Shown: positions 48,143 through 61,200, counted from the stretch's first letter. The stretch: 64,000 bases of DNA from Amphiscolops sp. MND2022 (GCA_964187785.1 OZ076412.1:47554001-47618000); one strand, 5' to 3'. Numbers and translations are program-made. The notes: generated from the sequence alone by a model not told the origin.

Positions 48143-49076
48143 GCCAAAAATTAAACCCAAATGCCACCCCCTTCATCCCAAAACACAAACCCTACCTACC
48201 GATCCCTAACCCCGACTGGCCACCTATGCCTGAAGAAAACGATCAAGAAGAACATGCAAACCTCGAAGGAGTGGAAAGACTAAATATGTGGATTAGTGAA
48301 TGGGAGAAATCAACTAGTACCTATAACCAGGGAACAAAAAGCACACCGCTTCGAAAGTCCTTCCCTTTAACGGACATTAATCAACCCCAAAAGAAGTTAG
48401 AAAACCGAATCAAACTGCTATGTACCTCAATCGAAGAGGCACGAGATAAACGTCAACAATTGGAAGTCACTATCTTCGATTTGCGAGCGACAATCAAACA
48501 CCAAAGCTCCCTCCTCAGCAGAGCGAGCCAGATTGAAGCGAACGGTAAAGATTTTATCACTTGGCAAGTTTCCGCCTTCTCCACACTTTACCGAAAAGCA
48601 AGGACCTCTCCAGACGATCCCTTTCACAACATCAAAAACAGCTTCGCGAGCCCTATTTACCCAACATACCTATCAGGCTGCAAAATTTCCTTCAGAATAT
48701 TCCCTTACGGGATAAACATCTTCCGTGGGACCCACTCTTCTATTAGCTGTGAACTTCATTATAGCGACTTCACTCACCCACAAACATGGCCCTTTGATAA
48801 AACAGTAGAAGTCGAAATACTTGATCAGAAGGACGAAGGCAACAAGTGGTCCACACTTTTCCCAATCAACCCCCACAACCACGAAGATATCTTCACAATC
48901 TCTACACGCACCCGAACCTCCTCAAAGAAGACTTCATCCCTCATACGAAGTTACTTGTCAACTTCAGAGAAGCATTCCTAAACAATGACTCTATAATATT
49001 TAGAATCAAATTTAAAAAACCTTCCCCTAAGTCACTCTCCCTACATAACTCCCCCTCCTTTCAGTCTGACCCATAA
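48139..49076 (+). CDS. PAM2 motif + coiled coil + TRAF/MATH domain protein (1-nt frameshift at about 48860-48930)
   Basis: N-terminal KLNPNATPFIP (PAM2-like), heptad segment LENRIKLL...LRATIK, then ITWQV...FASPIY...KISFRIFPYG...GTHSSI...WPFDKTVEVEILDQ. The MATH end DFIPHTKL...FLNNDSIIFRIKF is in the -1 frame (ORF 48846-49076). Confidence 0.85.
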
Positions 49077-49101
49077 CTCATTTATTTTCTTTCATCCTGC
49101 C

Positions 49102-49113
49102 AGGGGGGTGAGC
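49102..49113 (+). promoter_or_regulatory. Polypurine tract of element 2
   Basis: AGGGGGGTGAGC directly before the 3' LTR. Confidence 0.8.
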
Positions 49114-50594
49114 TGTCGCGTTATGACTAACGCTTTAACAAACATAATTAGGTGCTAAAGTGCAGTTTATATTTAATTAACAAATAAAGAAACAAACATG
49201 AACTAGAACTAACGTTTGTTTATGGGGGAGAAAGTTGTAGATGAAGATGGCGGCCATAAGGCGGCGGCCATAACGATGGTAATAATGATGATGAAGTACT
49301 GTGACGAGAAAGGAATTGCACAAGTGAAGAATTCTATATTATACCGCGTATATTTGAAATATGAAACCAACTATGATTGGTGAAAGATAAGCCATGCCTG
49401 CTACGCAGCGCACGATAAGAAATGCTTGGCTGTATATATACGGCCAACGCAGGCGAGGAGATTGAGACACTTATTGAAACGGACAGAGCTTAAACTTAAA
49501 AGCTCTCGTTTCTCTTCACTTCTCTTCCACTTCTCTCCCCTCACCCCTGCTCTTCTTTCTTACTTTACCCCCTTTCCTCTCCCTTTACTATTATCTTCCC
49601 CTTCAGACTTAGAAGGTCTATTTCTCGCCTTCACATTTCAATTCAGATTTCTATTTAACTCAACAAAACTTCTTGCTTTATAACTCAGATCCAATGATTC
49701 TCTTTTAATCCTACCCTTGCATCTTAGAATATTTCTCCACTCATCCTTGATTTAACTTCAACTTCCAGAACCAATCTTCCCTTACAAGAAATTTCTAACT
49801 TAGAAATTTCTCTTCAATCTCGTCTCCGGTTTGGTAAGTCTGACTATTTAGACCTTTCAGTAGAGATTTCACTCTCTCTGAAACTTCAACTTTAGCTATT
49901 TTCCGCTGATTTCAATTCTGCGGTTGACAAAACTTTAACTTTGGTTATTTTCATTAGAACTAAATAGTTCTATAAGGTTGACGTTACATAAACTCACATA
50001 AGAAAAGGGATGATTGAAATTTTAAAGTGCTATATTATGAAAAAGTCTTAATGCTATTCAACTTTCTACTGAATAGAGACATCTAAATCAAAACTCTTCC
50101 GTTTAAAATAGTACGGATTTGTAAATTTTGTTTGAGAAAAAGATTTCCGAAGAAAAAGGGAAATTCTCATTATTTGTAAATAGTTTCATTTTCTTAAATG
50201 ATAAATTGTAAAAGTTATATTACTTCTTCTTGTAAAATGAAGTTGTAATCTTTATTAATCTGAGATTTGTAACAATTGCAAGAGATATGGCCATGTCCAG
50301 AAATTGTCCACTTTCAATATTCTCAACTCATTCGTAATTAAACATATTTATTCACCATACATTTTCAGTAAACAGGAAGCTCATTTACAACCACTGCCTT
50401 GCACGACTCACGCAATTTCTTTTGTCCGCACGTAAGCGCAAGGCACCCCTTTATCAGTAAGTTGCAAATTTATTTGTTGGGACTTATACTTGTTAAATCA
50501 ATAACAGAACCGTCGCGAGATAGTACCTTGTAAAATGCAAACAAGGACTTGACAGATTAAAACTAATAAACAAATTTCACCCATGCGTGCGACA
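49114..50594 (+). repeat. Element 2 3' LTR
   Basis: Same length as the 5' LTR with one visible substitution. AATAAA 50565-50570. Confidence 0.97.
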
Positions 50595-50844
50595 GATAGA
50601 AAAACTTTTTTCAGCTCGAGGCCCTTTGAACTTTTTGGCACTGTGCGACTTTTTTCAGAAAGATTCACTTTTCTTAAGAGGTCCTGTTTTTTTCGGTACA
50701 GTAGAATTTATTCAAACGAATCCTTGACGCTTTCAAGTACTTTTGCTCTCTTTGAGCTTTCAGCGGGGCCAGAATTTTTGAAAGTTTGACTTTCGACAAT
50801 CATTTCTTGAAAGAATCAATGACCTTGATTTTATGATATTTTGG

Positions 50845-51112
50845 GTACCCCTGACTAAGTGTGGTCCCAAATGATTTCTCCTGACTAAGTGTGGTCCCTA
50901 TTTTATAAGTGTGGTCCCTGCATAGTTTGTCGGAGTTTCTGTTATTAGTCGTCAGCTATGTTCACATACCCCTAGTGACCTAAATGAAGGAGCGAAGCGA
51001 AGCGGAGCGACGTGCCATATGGTCATGCCTCAATGTTGCTACTTGGCGAAGGGAGCGAAGCGACCGAGCCATACAACAAATATGCTAACCTCTTCCAGGG
51101 ACCACACTTAAT
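50845..51112. repeat. Small MITE/Helentron-like repeat with TAAGTGTGGTCCC x3 and an inverted copy
   Basis: Three tandem TAAGTGTGGTCCC units (about 50856-50918), reverse complement GGGACCACACTTA near 51098, and GCGAAGC motifs between. Confidence 0.45.
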
Positions 51113-52838
51113 CAGGAGTTTTCAGGCCGGCTGCATAAGTTTTAAGCAGGAGTACCATATTTTGTCTCAAGCAGCAAAATTTTCCACTTGTCACTAGCCA
51201 AAATTGTGGAAACGATCTATATTGTGCCCCCGTACTGGAACTACACCAGCGGTGGAGGCAACTTTGGATAATCAGTCAATATTTCTACCTGTTTACACCG
51301 GTGAAATTTTGTTCCAAAAAATGAATTATGAATTCTGAAAAATTATTTAAAACGTACGTCTTTGATTGTCATTATTTGATTACGGAATCCGGTGGTTTTT
51401 TCAATTTTCAAAAACTTACATCTGCAGCATTAGAGACTATGTTTGGCACCGCGTGTCCGGAAGCCGCGACGTAGGCAATGCTGCAGCAGCTTAGACAATG
51501 AGCCAATATAGACAAGGCAAAACAAACAAAATATGAGAGCTGATAGCGCATAAATAAATGCTGGACTGTCCACAAAAAGATTACAAGTTCGCGTCACCAT
51601 TTTTGCAAAAGTTTGTATACAACAAAATGCTCCACCGTTGGTCTACCGGTGGCCACCGCAAAAGCTCCGGATGCCACTTCAGTGATCCGCCAGTGGGGTT
51701 GCCAACCCGGCCAATATTGAATCGCCATAGCGAGACATTTAAAAGTTATAAAAACTTTTTGTCGATGTCAATTTTTATTGGACCAAAATTTTATCACTAA
51801 AAAGTCCATGTTGTGGCATTTGAAGTTCCAATGAACCTTGAATACATTTTTTCATTGCAATGACAAACTTTTAAGTTTCTTCCAGATATTTTCATTTTTT
51901 GCCGTGGAAGTCGAAACAGTTTGAGAAAATTTTAAGAAATAAGATGGTGTTACCTTTTTTTAACATTTGAAAATTCCATTCTCTCATCATGATAGAGGAT
52001 AATTGACTGCACTGGACCAAGTCAATGAAAAAGCACGAGACACAAAGGCACTTTGATAATTTTTGCATTTCTCTGACAGGCTCCGTGAGAAGGAAACTCG
52101 ACACACCTTCAAGCCTCATATGATCGAAAAAAGTAACTGCGTTTTATAAACTCAACACCACATGAACATATCAAGTCAGCGCCCACCTCAACCCAGAAAA
52201 ATCATAAGGTAATTTGAATAAAACTAGAAAGCTGGTGTTCATGTAAATCTTGTAAATCGTATAATTCTCACAAAGATTAAAAACCTTTTGAGTCGGGAAA
52301 AAGTTTTCCGTTCTTCGATATTTCAGAAAAAGTCGAACGTAGACGAGGAACTACGGTGGCTTAGATTCAAGCTGTATGTCGATGTCACATAAGATATCGT
52401 GCACAACTCGTATCTTGCAGTAACACAGACGCTAGATAACGAACAGCAAACAAAACAGAAAAAAGATGATCTAGGGAAAAGGACTAAAGCGATACCTGCG
52501 ATGACAAGACTACATAACGAACCCAGATCATCCATGTCAGTACCCACATTCATCGAGCTATTCAAAAGCCGCTTCAAGTCGGACAAAAACACAACATAAC
52601 GAATTACCACAGGAAGATTCGGAACAAACCTGGGAACGACGAAAGTGGACTTCCCAGCAGCAGAGCAGCTCATCATCGCAAATCTTCCGCCAATCATCGA
52701 GGAAAAAAACCTCAGGGAATAATTGGTGAAAAGGAATCAAAACATTGAAACCTTTATCCAAGCTAAACAAAAAGACTCGTACTATAGAAGCAAGGGACAG
52801 AAAGAACGCAATGAAATATAAACAACAAAATTAAGAGT

Positions 52839-55800
52839 TTGATATTTGCTATGATCACTGACGAAACTGCCAAGTTGAGGACAAATTCTGCATCAGTGGT
52901 GGGTGGTAAGGACTACTATCCACAAGTTGATGAGTTGGTTCATGCATCACCACAAGAATTCAAAACTTTGACAGGAAAGTTGAGCGACGACTGGCTGATG
53001 TGTCTACTGAAAGACACTGTAGATCATCTCAAAAAAGCTAAGTCCTCTATTAAATTGTTTGAATCAATAAATAAACTTAAAAATTGATGAAGTAAAAGAT
53101 GTTTTCGTAAACAAATTGGACAATCCATCTCCCCATCCCGAAGCAACGGGCAAGAATGATAACAATATAACCTTCGACTCTTTGCTGAGAAAGTCACAAA
53201 GAGAACGTGATCATGACGCTATTGCTTCAAAATCTGTTGTTTTCTATAATGCAGTGGAAAGCAATGATGACAATGAAGCGGTTTCTGATTTGATGACAAC
53301 TTTAAAGAAACCGCAGGGCTATGTTAAACGTTCAACTCGACTCGGAAGGAAAAGCGCTGCTATTCCTCCTCCTCGTCCACGTCCAATCGAAGTTCTATTT
53401 GATTGTGAACATGACAAGAGACTCCTCATGACAAATGCATATTTATTAAAAACAGTCATATTTTTGTGAAACCTAAAATCAAGTGATCTGACCGGCTGAA
53501 AAAAATCTTTTCTGAAGTTACGCTATGATCTTATCCAACATGGCTTTGATAGGAAACTTTTCAGAAGTAGAGATTTGAAACCGTTTCATTTTGGAGTTGA
53601 AATCAAATCTCGAGATGCATTTGAAACCATTGCTGCCAATCTAAGAACAATATCCATTACCACTGAGGAAAAGCAAACATATTGACTCATCAGTTCCAAA
53701 GATCTTTTATTCAACACTCGTGATCTTGATAATATCCTTTGTGACCTACACACTGTCCCTCTATCCTTCGAGGTCATGGGTACAAATGATATCAGTGATC
53801 ACTATCCAGGAATTCGCAAAGCAAAGCAAATTATTGGATTTTGATAATGTCTATAACTTGGATATCTTACTAATAACTGAAACATGGTGGACTGAGAAGA
53901 TGAGCTGTTCTCGTTTTGGCATGTTCAAATCTATTGCGTGATAGACAAAATGGTCCTGGTGGAGGTGTTGCTGTTCTCAGCAGGCTAACGTGTAAAACTC
54001 TTGCAGAAAAAATTACTTCAGGTGATTTTGATTTTGCAGCTGCTGCTGTTATTCAGCTTTCTGGTGATTCAGCTATTTTGATCATTTTTGTGTATCTACC
54101 GTCTCCTAGTTCTTACGAAGTTTCTGTTGATGACATGGAGCCTTTAATCGACTCAATCTTTGATTCTTTTCAACCGAGTAATCCAGAACAACAGTTTTTT
54201 TCAGAGTACGGATTGTCGCCGCTAATACGGAACGAAAGCACACCTTGTGATGGTAACAACCTTGATAATATCCTTCGTGACCTACACACTGTCCCTCTTT
54301 CCTTCGAGATCATGGGTACAAATGATATCAGTGATCACTATCTAATATTTCTGAACTTAGAGATTGCTGTCCAACCCAACGCTTCACGTATGGCACTCTC
54401 CTTCACGAGTCGTGAGGAGATGAAACTTTTCGAAAAATCGTTGATTCACTTTACATACGAGCCCTGTCCAAGTAGAGCAAATTTGGTTGATTTCTACAAT
54501 TATATTTTTATATTTGGTATAGTATTGAAACTTCATTCACTAAAAAGAGAAAAAAACGCTTAGCCAAACCATTTTACTACATTTCCAATACGATGCATAC
54601 GCTCAACAAGTTGAACACAGCGAAAAGAAAAATTGTTAAAAATCCTAGTAAAACTAACATTAGATCTGTCCAAAAACTCAAAGTGGAGTTTAGTAATTTA
54701 GCGGAATTGGACCTCATCTTATTCGTTGCTGGAGCTTCCACGATTACTCTGCCTGACAGTTTCAGTCTCTTAAACATCCGAAAGACAAATACATACCCTA
54801 TGGTGACAAGCTATAATGACGACTGCTTGAAGACCGTACCTCAAATAGCAACTGCCTTTAATATTTACTTCCCCATCATGAAGAAATTCCAGCTATAGTT
54901 TATGAATCAGATGGCTCAGTCAAACTCGATGATAATTTTCTATCCTTAAATCCCTCAAATATTCGTGAGATGATTCTCGATATGATAGAATCCCCGACGA
55001 CTACAAAAGATTTTCTCCTATCTAAGTTATTGAAACTCTGTCCTGATGTTTTTGCAACCCTTCATCTTCCTGTTTTTTGCTCGATAATTCTTACGAGATC
55101 TTACCATGATTTTTCGAAAAGTGCTTTGAAACGACCAATTTGCAAGAAAGGGGCTAAAAACGTCATTGTTAATTACCGTCACATTAGTCTTTTACCGAGA
55201 GGCTCGCTATTGTTTGAAAAACTGGTCTACAGGCCATTATTAGCCACGTTTGGATGATAATACACCCTAAACAATTCGGCTTTTAGTCAAAAAAATATTT
55301 TGTTATACAGTTAATAGACCTAGAGTATGCACATAGAATGAAGACCTTGGTTACCTATGCTGCGTATCTAGATTCCAAAAATCATTTGATAAGGTTCCTC
55401 ACACAATTATTTTGAGTAAGCTTCGTAAGTTTGGTCTGGATGAAGGTTTCATCGAACTACCATTAAACTACCTGGAAAATCGGATTCAGAATGTTAAAAT
55501 TGATTACCATGTCTCTGATTCAGTCAACATCGCGTGTGGAGTTCCTCGAGGCTCCGTCCTGTGCCCTCTTTTCTTTATTTTGTGAATAAATTATTTGCCT
55601 TCTATTTTCTTAGACTGCATAGCAAGGCTATTTGCCGATGACTTGAAGCTTCTTTTCAACTCTCTCAATTTCCATAATTCTTTGGCAAGGTTATCAATCT
55701 GGAATGTCTCAAATGGTATGATAGCTAATTCCAGCAAATTTAAGTGTTTACCTTTTGCTGGCAAATCAGTTGTTTTTCTAAACGCATCTTAGTCGTTAAA

Positions 55801-56064
55801 ACATGTAAAACTTCACAAAGATTTTGATGTTTTTATAGCCAGCGATTTAAATTGGCCTATTCATGTACAAATTCAGCTCAATAAAGCTCAAAGGCCTTTT
55901 TCCTTCTCAGGTATCGGACCCCTTTTAATACTCCCTCCAAAACAAAGCTGAGTTTATACACTTCTATGGTGTTATCCATTTTCCTCTATGAAACTCCTGC
56001 TTGGCATTCTGATGTGGCGAGGATAAGAGAATTGGAAAAATTTCAAAGATCCTGTTTCCGTTGG
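52839..56064 (+). mobile_element. Decayed CR1/L2-clade LINE (ORF1 remnant, APE endonuclease, RT), cut at 56064 by element 3
   Basis: ORF1-like RLGRK...RPRPIEVLF; APE LDILLITETW, GGGVAV, SDH; RT NYRHISLL, FDKVPH, GVPRGSVL, LFADDLKL; thumb region EKFQRSCFRW ends abruptly at TGTCGG. Many stops and frameshifts. Confidence 0.9.
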
Positions 56065-56395
56065 TGTCGGAACGTGCACTAGTCTTATCGATAGCGGTAT
56101 TTTGATCGTTCCCTTCTCCGTGACTGGAGGATAACTTTTCCGTTAAAGCTAATACTAGTCCAGTAAGCTCATTAATTTGTCTATTCATACTCGAGAAACG
56201 TTGGTCAATCGTCATTTGATCAGAGTGTTGTTCAGAATGAATGAGGTTTTCATTATCTAATTCATCAATTTGTTCTCTTGTGAGGAGGTCGGGAGTACTG
56301 CATTCACTTTCGGAATCACTAACACGGTCATTTCTACCTGTTTTACCCATGAATACTGGGATGGAACTACTTGCCTGAGATCGTGTATTTACCAT
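55964..56395 (-). CDS. LTR-encoded Gag N-terminus (110 aa) running out into LINE sequence
   Basis: MVNTRSQAS...IDQRFSSMNRQINELTGLVLALTEKL (coiled coil)...SARSD at the LTR end, then 33 more codons from the flank. Same architecture as element 1. Confidence 0.6.
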   Translation of the reverse strand: MVNTRSQASSSIPVFMGKTGRNDRVSDSESECSTPDLLTREQIDELDNENLIHSEQHSDQMTIDQRFSSMNRQINELTGLVLALTEKLSSSHGEGNDQNTAIDKTSARSDTNGNRIFEIFPILLSSPHQNAKQEFHRGKWITP

Positions 56396-57265
56396 TTTGT
56401 ATGAAGAAACTGGAACTTGGTGAAAGAATTTGAATTGAGATTTTAGGGTTGAATTTAAGTTTGAAGAGAAGGATTAATCTTTTGCAATGATGTGGTAAGC
56501 AACTAAGCGTCAAGTTATACCAAAAGTTAATGGCTGTCTTTTTGCACCTCTTACCAATTTCGCGATGTTGGTCAGGTGACAACGTCACGTGACTGTATCG
56601 ACCAATAGTACTGCACTACTAATGAGGTGTTAATTGCGACATACTGGTCGTTTGTACCATTTGAGGCTTTACGATGATGTTGCGTTGCCATCGCTACGCA
56701 TAATGTTTGTTAATTTTACTACACTAATTGAAATGAGTAATAATGGATTATAATAGTGGTATATTACCATCGTTACATGTAAATGTTTAATTTAGAAAGC
56801 ACTGTGATGTGGTTATATCACCAACATCACCTACATATGGAATGAAATATGTTTATGTTACTAGCGCTATATGATTGAGTAATGAAATGAAGTGGTTGAG
56901 TAACCAGCATAGCCTGGTTTAACTAATGGAGAAATGAATGAAATAGTTACTTTAACAATGGTTCTGACGATAGTATATCAACTACATTACGTGATGCACT
57001 TTAGGAATGGGTTGGGAAAGGTCATGTTAAGAGTGTATGATTATAATAAAAATGAGATTGGGTTGTTATGTGATGACATGTAATTAATGTACAAATGATG
57101 TAATTGAAGAGTTTTAGTTTTTGGTTTTAGTGATGCCGTGTATATAACTACATTCTTTTCCCCATTTGCATCTCGGCGCGTATTGTCGGTTCATGCTTCA
57201 TCTTTTACTGATGTTGTTTAGTTGAGAGCATCGTTGTTCAGTATTATCATGCGTCCGGCATGACA
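56065..57265 (-). repeat. 3' LTR (1201 bp) of a minus-strand LTR element (element 3)
   Basis: Minus-strand termini TGTC...GACA, preceded by AGTCCCGGAG (element 1 has AGTCCCCCGGGGAG). TATA-like TTATATAC about 115 nt inside. No PBS after it and no TSD match at 57266, so it is not a 5' or solo LTR. Confidence 0.8.
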
Positions 57266-58215
57266 CTCCGGGACTTTTTTGAAGAGAGCAAGTGGTGGGG
57301 GTGGAGGAGAGTTGATTGTAATTGTTCGTTTCTATCGACTGATTTGAGCTTTGTGCTGATTATTCGTCGGAAGTGGCAGTGACGTTGTCATAGCAACTGC
57401 ATCATGGTGGATGATTCGGCATCATGTTCGGAAAAATGTTCACTGCACTACGAGCATTCCACTTCGGTCAAGAGTAAATATAAAGTCGATGTGACGAATG
57501 TAGCCACGTCATCCAATCGTGCGCATTGTTTGTAGTAAGAGAGTGAGAGCGAGAGTGATTTTGCCGAAAATTAATAACGTGGCAGCGTGACATAATTTCT
57601 CGGCTATTTCGGTAACTGTTCGGAAGTGAGAGGTAGTGGAATGTCGTGCGTTTGGTAAACAAAACTTCGTCGATGCCAAATACGATTCCGAAAATAAGCG
57701 GTAACTTGACTCCATTGTGACTTCGTTTGCTGAGAAAGACAGTTGATGTATGTTTTGCGATAAACCGGATGGAGGTAGAATTGAATGTTCGCAATCTGAA
57801 TAAATAAATCAGTAAAAATAGGTAGACGATTTTCCATTGTTCTTCTCTTTCGTTAGTTTTTTGCCGACAGTCCTAACGAGGGATGTACCATCAGTGGTAG
57901 TGGGTTTTTTGGTAGAATTCGGGGTGTTTAATTTTGAATTCAGTTACTTGTTTTATGTCAGCGTGCGTTGGTGTAGTGGCGATCATAATAGTTCGAATTT
58001 TTCGATTCTTTGAAGGGTGATTTAATGGCGAGTTATAATGTCGAGTTGTGGGTAGACACACTCTTTGAAAGTAAATAGAAAATCTTCTGTATGAGATGAT
58101 GTGGTTGATCAGGCCTCATCATATGCAGATTGAAGATGCTGAAATCTGGTAGATCGCAATTCACTCAATTTGTCGCAGTTTGACCTTTCAATAGATAGTT
58201 ATTGTTATTATTACG

Positions 58216-61200
58216 ATGTCGTCCGTTGAGCCTTCTGACGAAGAAATCTCTTCAATGATTCAAGCGGCTGAGGGTTTATTAGCAGAAGTGTCGAGTTTGA
58301 GCCGCTCCTCTGGAGGTGATGATCTGGCAGCCGGAGTAGAAGATGTTATCGCTGAAGGAGACGTTCCAGTGTGTTGCCAGTTTGCTGGACGTCTGAATGC
58401 CACGAACGTTGAGTCGGCAGTGACTCTGATGGAAATAGCTTTGTCTACCGAATTCCGTAAGTAGTTGTTGCTTTTTCCCTTTGTAATTTCATGAGTAGGT
58501 TTGAATAACACTTCAAGGCAATTTGTGTGTAATGGTGTGACGATAGTGGGTAAGGTACATACCGTCGCATTATCTCATAAGCTCTTCCCGGGAACTATTG
58601 CCTCGGCTTGACTGTTAGGGTAGGTTACCTCATGTGGTGTCATCAGTTGCATTTCGGTGCGTGTGTTCTAGAAGAACTCAGTATGGTGGAAATCGTAAAA
58701 GTACTGCGTGGGATGCTGCGGATCGATGAGCCGTCAACGGGCACGTCTGGTGCCGTTGCAGTAGAGCCGACACCGGGCGCTTCAGGAGTTGTAGCAGTGG
58801 AACCTAGTCTGGAAGGTGAACCTTGTACTTCAACTGGTTAGTACCGTTTGAATGCACTAATGCGTATTGTTTGAACTCAGATTAGGCATGGTCGTCAGGT
58901 TGGGGTTGTAGGGAGGTCGTCTAGAATATCGCAATGTGGTTAGGGCTACCTCATCTAATTCGCAAATCACGGGTGGTTCGTTGTTTAGGTACGCCAGTTC
59001 AAGATCCGATGTGTATGAAGGCTCTGGTCAATTCGAATAATGAACTGGACAACAAAGTGTCGTCTGTTGTGAAGACGACTATTGAAACAACGCTGGAACA
59101 GAGGGGCACTGTAGGAGCCATGGCAGTTGAGGAGTTGATAGACCGACTGAAGGCATGCATTGGCAACGCGGGCAATGTGGGCATTGCATCTGGTGCGTCA
59201 GCTTTGAGTGATCCTGGTCTTGAACAAACTCCCGTAGTGGCACCACCTCGTGGTTCGACTCCAATCCGTGGTGGTGGATCAGTCGCAAGTTCTCCTATGC
59301 CGTCAGCGTTCGGAGATGTCCGTTCAGTGATGGCGTCTGGTGTTTCTGGGGCGGTTGTTCCAAAACCTGGTAAGAATCTCATAAGATCACATGATGGGTT
59401 TTAGTGGTTGGGATTATAACAATAAGGACGAAAGTTTTTTTTTTTGTTTTTTTTTGAGAAGAAGTTTATATAGTCGTGGTTTTTGTTTTAGTTCGGACCC
59501 GGAAGATTAAGACGCTCAAGCCGTCCTACTTTGTCTCTGGTGTCGTAGGAACCTTTGTGGGGTTCCCTAGACGAAAGCGTGTTATCGATGGATATGCCCG
59601 TTGTCTCCTTTGCAGAGCTGACTTGAGTATCGCTGGTCGCGGTTTGTCCTCGCTGTGGGACCACTGGAAGGGGGTCGAACACACCAGACTCGAGCAGAAA
59701 TACCGTATCATGACCCAGCGACCATTGCTAGACAAGAGCTGTCGGGCGGTAACTGCTGAAGAAGATCGGAGGATCAGGCGAGAACGTATGTCAGAGCCCC
59801 CAGTGTCTATGGAGACTGAACTGAGTTTGACCGTAGAAGAAAGGATTGCTATTGAGGAAGAAGAGGAGCTAGAGGGTCAGCGGCCGCACTTACCCGAGGG
59901 AAGCGCAGACTACTTGTGGTTGTGCAACTTTATCGTCGCTTTTACAAATTCCGCATCGTTCGGTGGAGTCATGAGACTCGTGGACGCCTGGAGTGCCTGT
60001 ACGTCGACAGAGTTGCGCTTTGAGTGCAGAGTCCTGAATTACCCTCGATGTCAGGTGTGTATTATGACAATTTTTTTTGTGTGTGTGTTCTGGCGTTAAA
60101 TTGCTGTGTTTCGTTGTATTTGATGTGGTTATTGTGTTGCAGAGTTTGGTGTTATATGGTCTCTACCCATACGTTCTGGATCAACTGGATGCGGCTTTGG
60201 AAGTTAGCAGCTGTGCTGGTGTGAGCATTCATCATTGTCATGGTCAATGGCGTTGTGAATGTCATGTCGTCAGTAGTCTTCAGGTGAAGACACTCGTTCT
60301 GTCAGTCGTGGCCGAATCCAGTGAGTGGGAGAAGCACCTATCAGAGAACGTTGTGCCCGTCCTTGCCTGTCTGAAGAATGGGGCTGGAATCAAGGTAGTG
60401 TCTGTGGAAGGAGAAGTGCTAGTCGGAAAAGCAATTGCTGCCTCTCTCGCTTCGGATACCCCATTAGTTGTGGGGGTGGTTACCGTACGTACTGTGTTCG
60501 AGGAGATTCCGCGTCAGTTCTTAGTCGAATTCAGCGGTTTGGATCCCTTGAGCATCCTAGAATACTTCCGTGTGAGATTGATGCCGTCAGTGCGAGAGCG
60601 TTTCCTGGACCGGATGCCTAACTTTCGTCAGGTGAGCAAAGAATAATTTCCTTAACCTTTTTTTCCGTCTTTTGTGGTGTGGGTTGTAGTTCGGATGTGA
60701 AATTTGCTAAAGGGTTAGGTCGACACTAAGGGATTTTATAAGACTTGTAGCGCTTGTCAATGGAATAGTGACTTATGATGTAGTAGGATTGACATCGTGG
60801 TTGTTGCCGTAGTATTATTCAGTGTGTGTTTTTCTATTTTTTCTAGTATATACGTTCTGGTGGAGACGACATTTCTCAATTAGCCAGGGTGTGTGGAGAG
60901 GTCGTCGAACAATGGAATGAGCTGGCATTGCACTTTGGAGATACCCGTCCGGCCGCAACCTCGGAGCTTATGATTGTGACACCTCTGGAGAAACAAGTGT
61001 TCGAGGATGCGATGGTGCGACCGCGGTTTGCTATCCTGAGACTCGTCCTTGACCTAAGTGAGTATCTGGTCGTTGCTTCAAGTTAAAGGGAGAAAAGGAA
61101 GAAGAAAAAAACGGGGGGTTTTGTTGCATCGGTTGTACTTATTGTACTATATTAGCAAAAGGTTTTTCCAGGGTGCTCCATGTGTGTATCTTGTTTTAGT

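Larger units (their letters stand above)
32898..50594 (+). mobile_element. Env-containing Ty3/Gypsy (endogenous retrovirus-like) element 2, 17.7 kb, very recent insertion
   Basis: 1481-bp LTRs with TGTCG...CGACA termini and one visible mismatch (33620 G / 49836 A). 4-bp TSD GATA at 32894-32897 and 50595-50598. PBS, PPT, gag, pol and env present. Confidence 0.98.

Noticed and set aside
56065-57265. Interpretation as a solo LTR or 5' LTR
   Set aside because: Flanks GTTGG and CTCCG do not form a TSD, no TGG PBS follows the LTR end, a PPT-equivalent precedes it, and the LINE does not resume at 57266.
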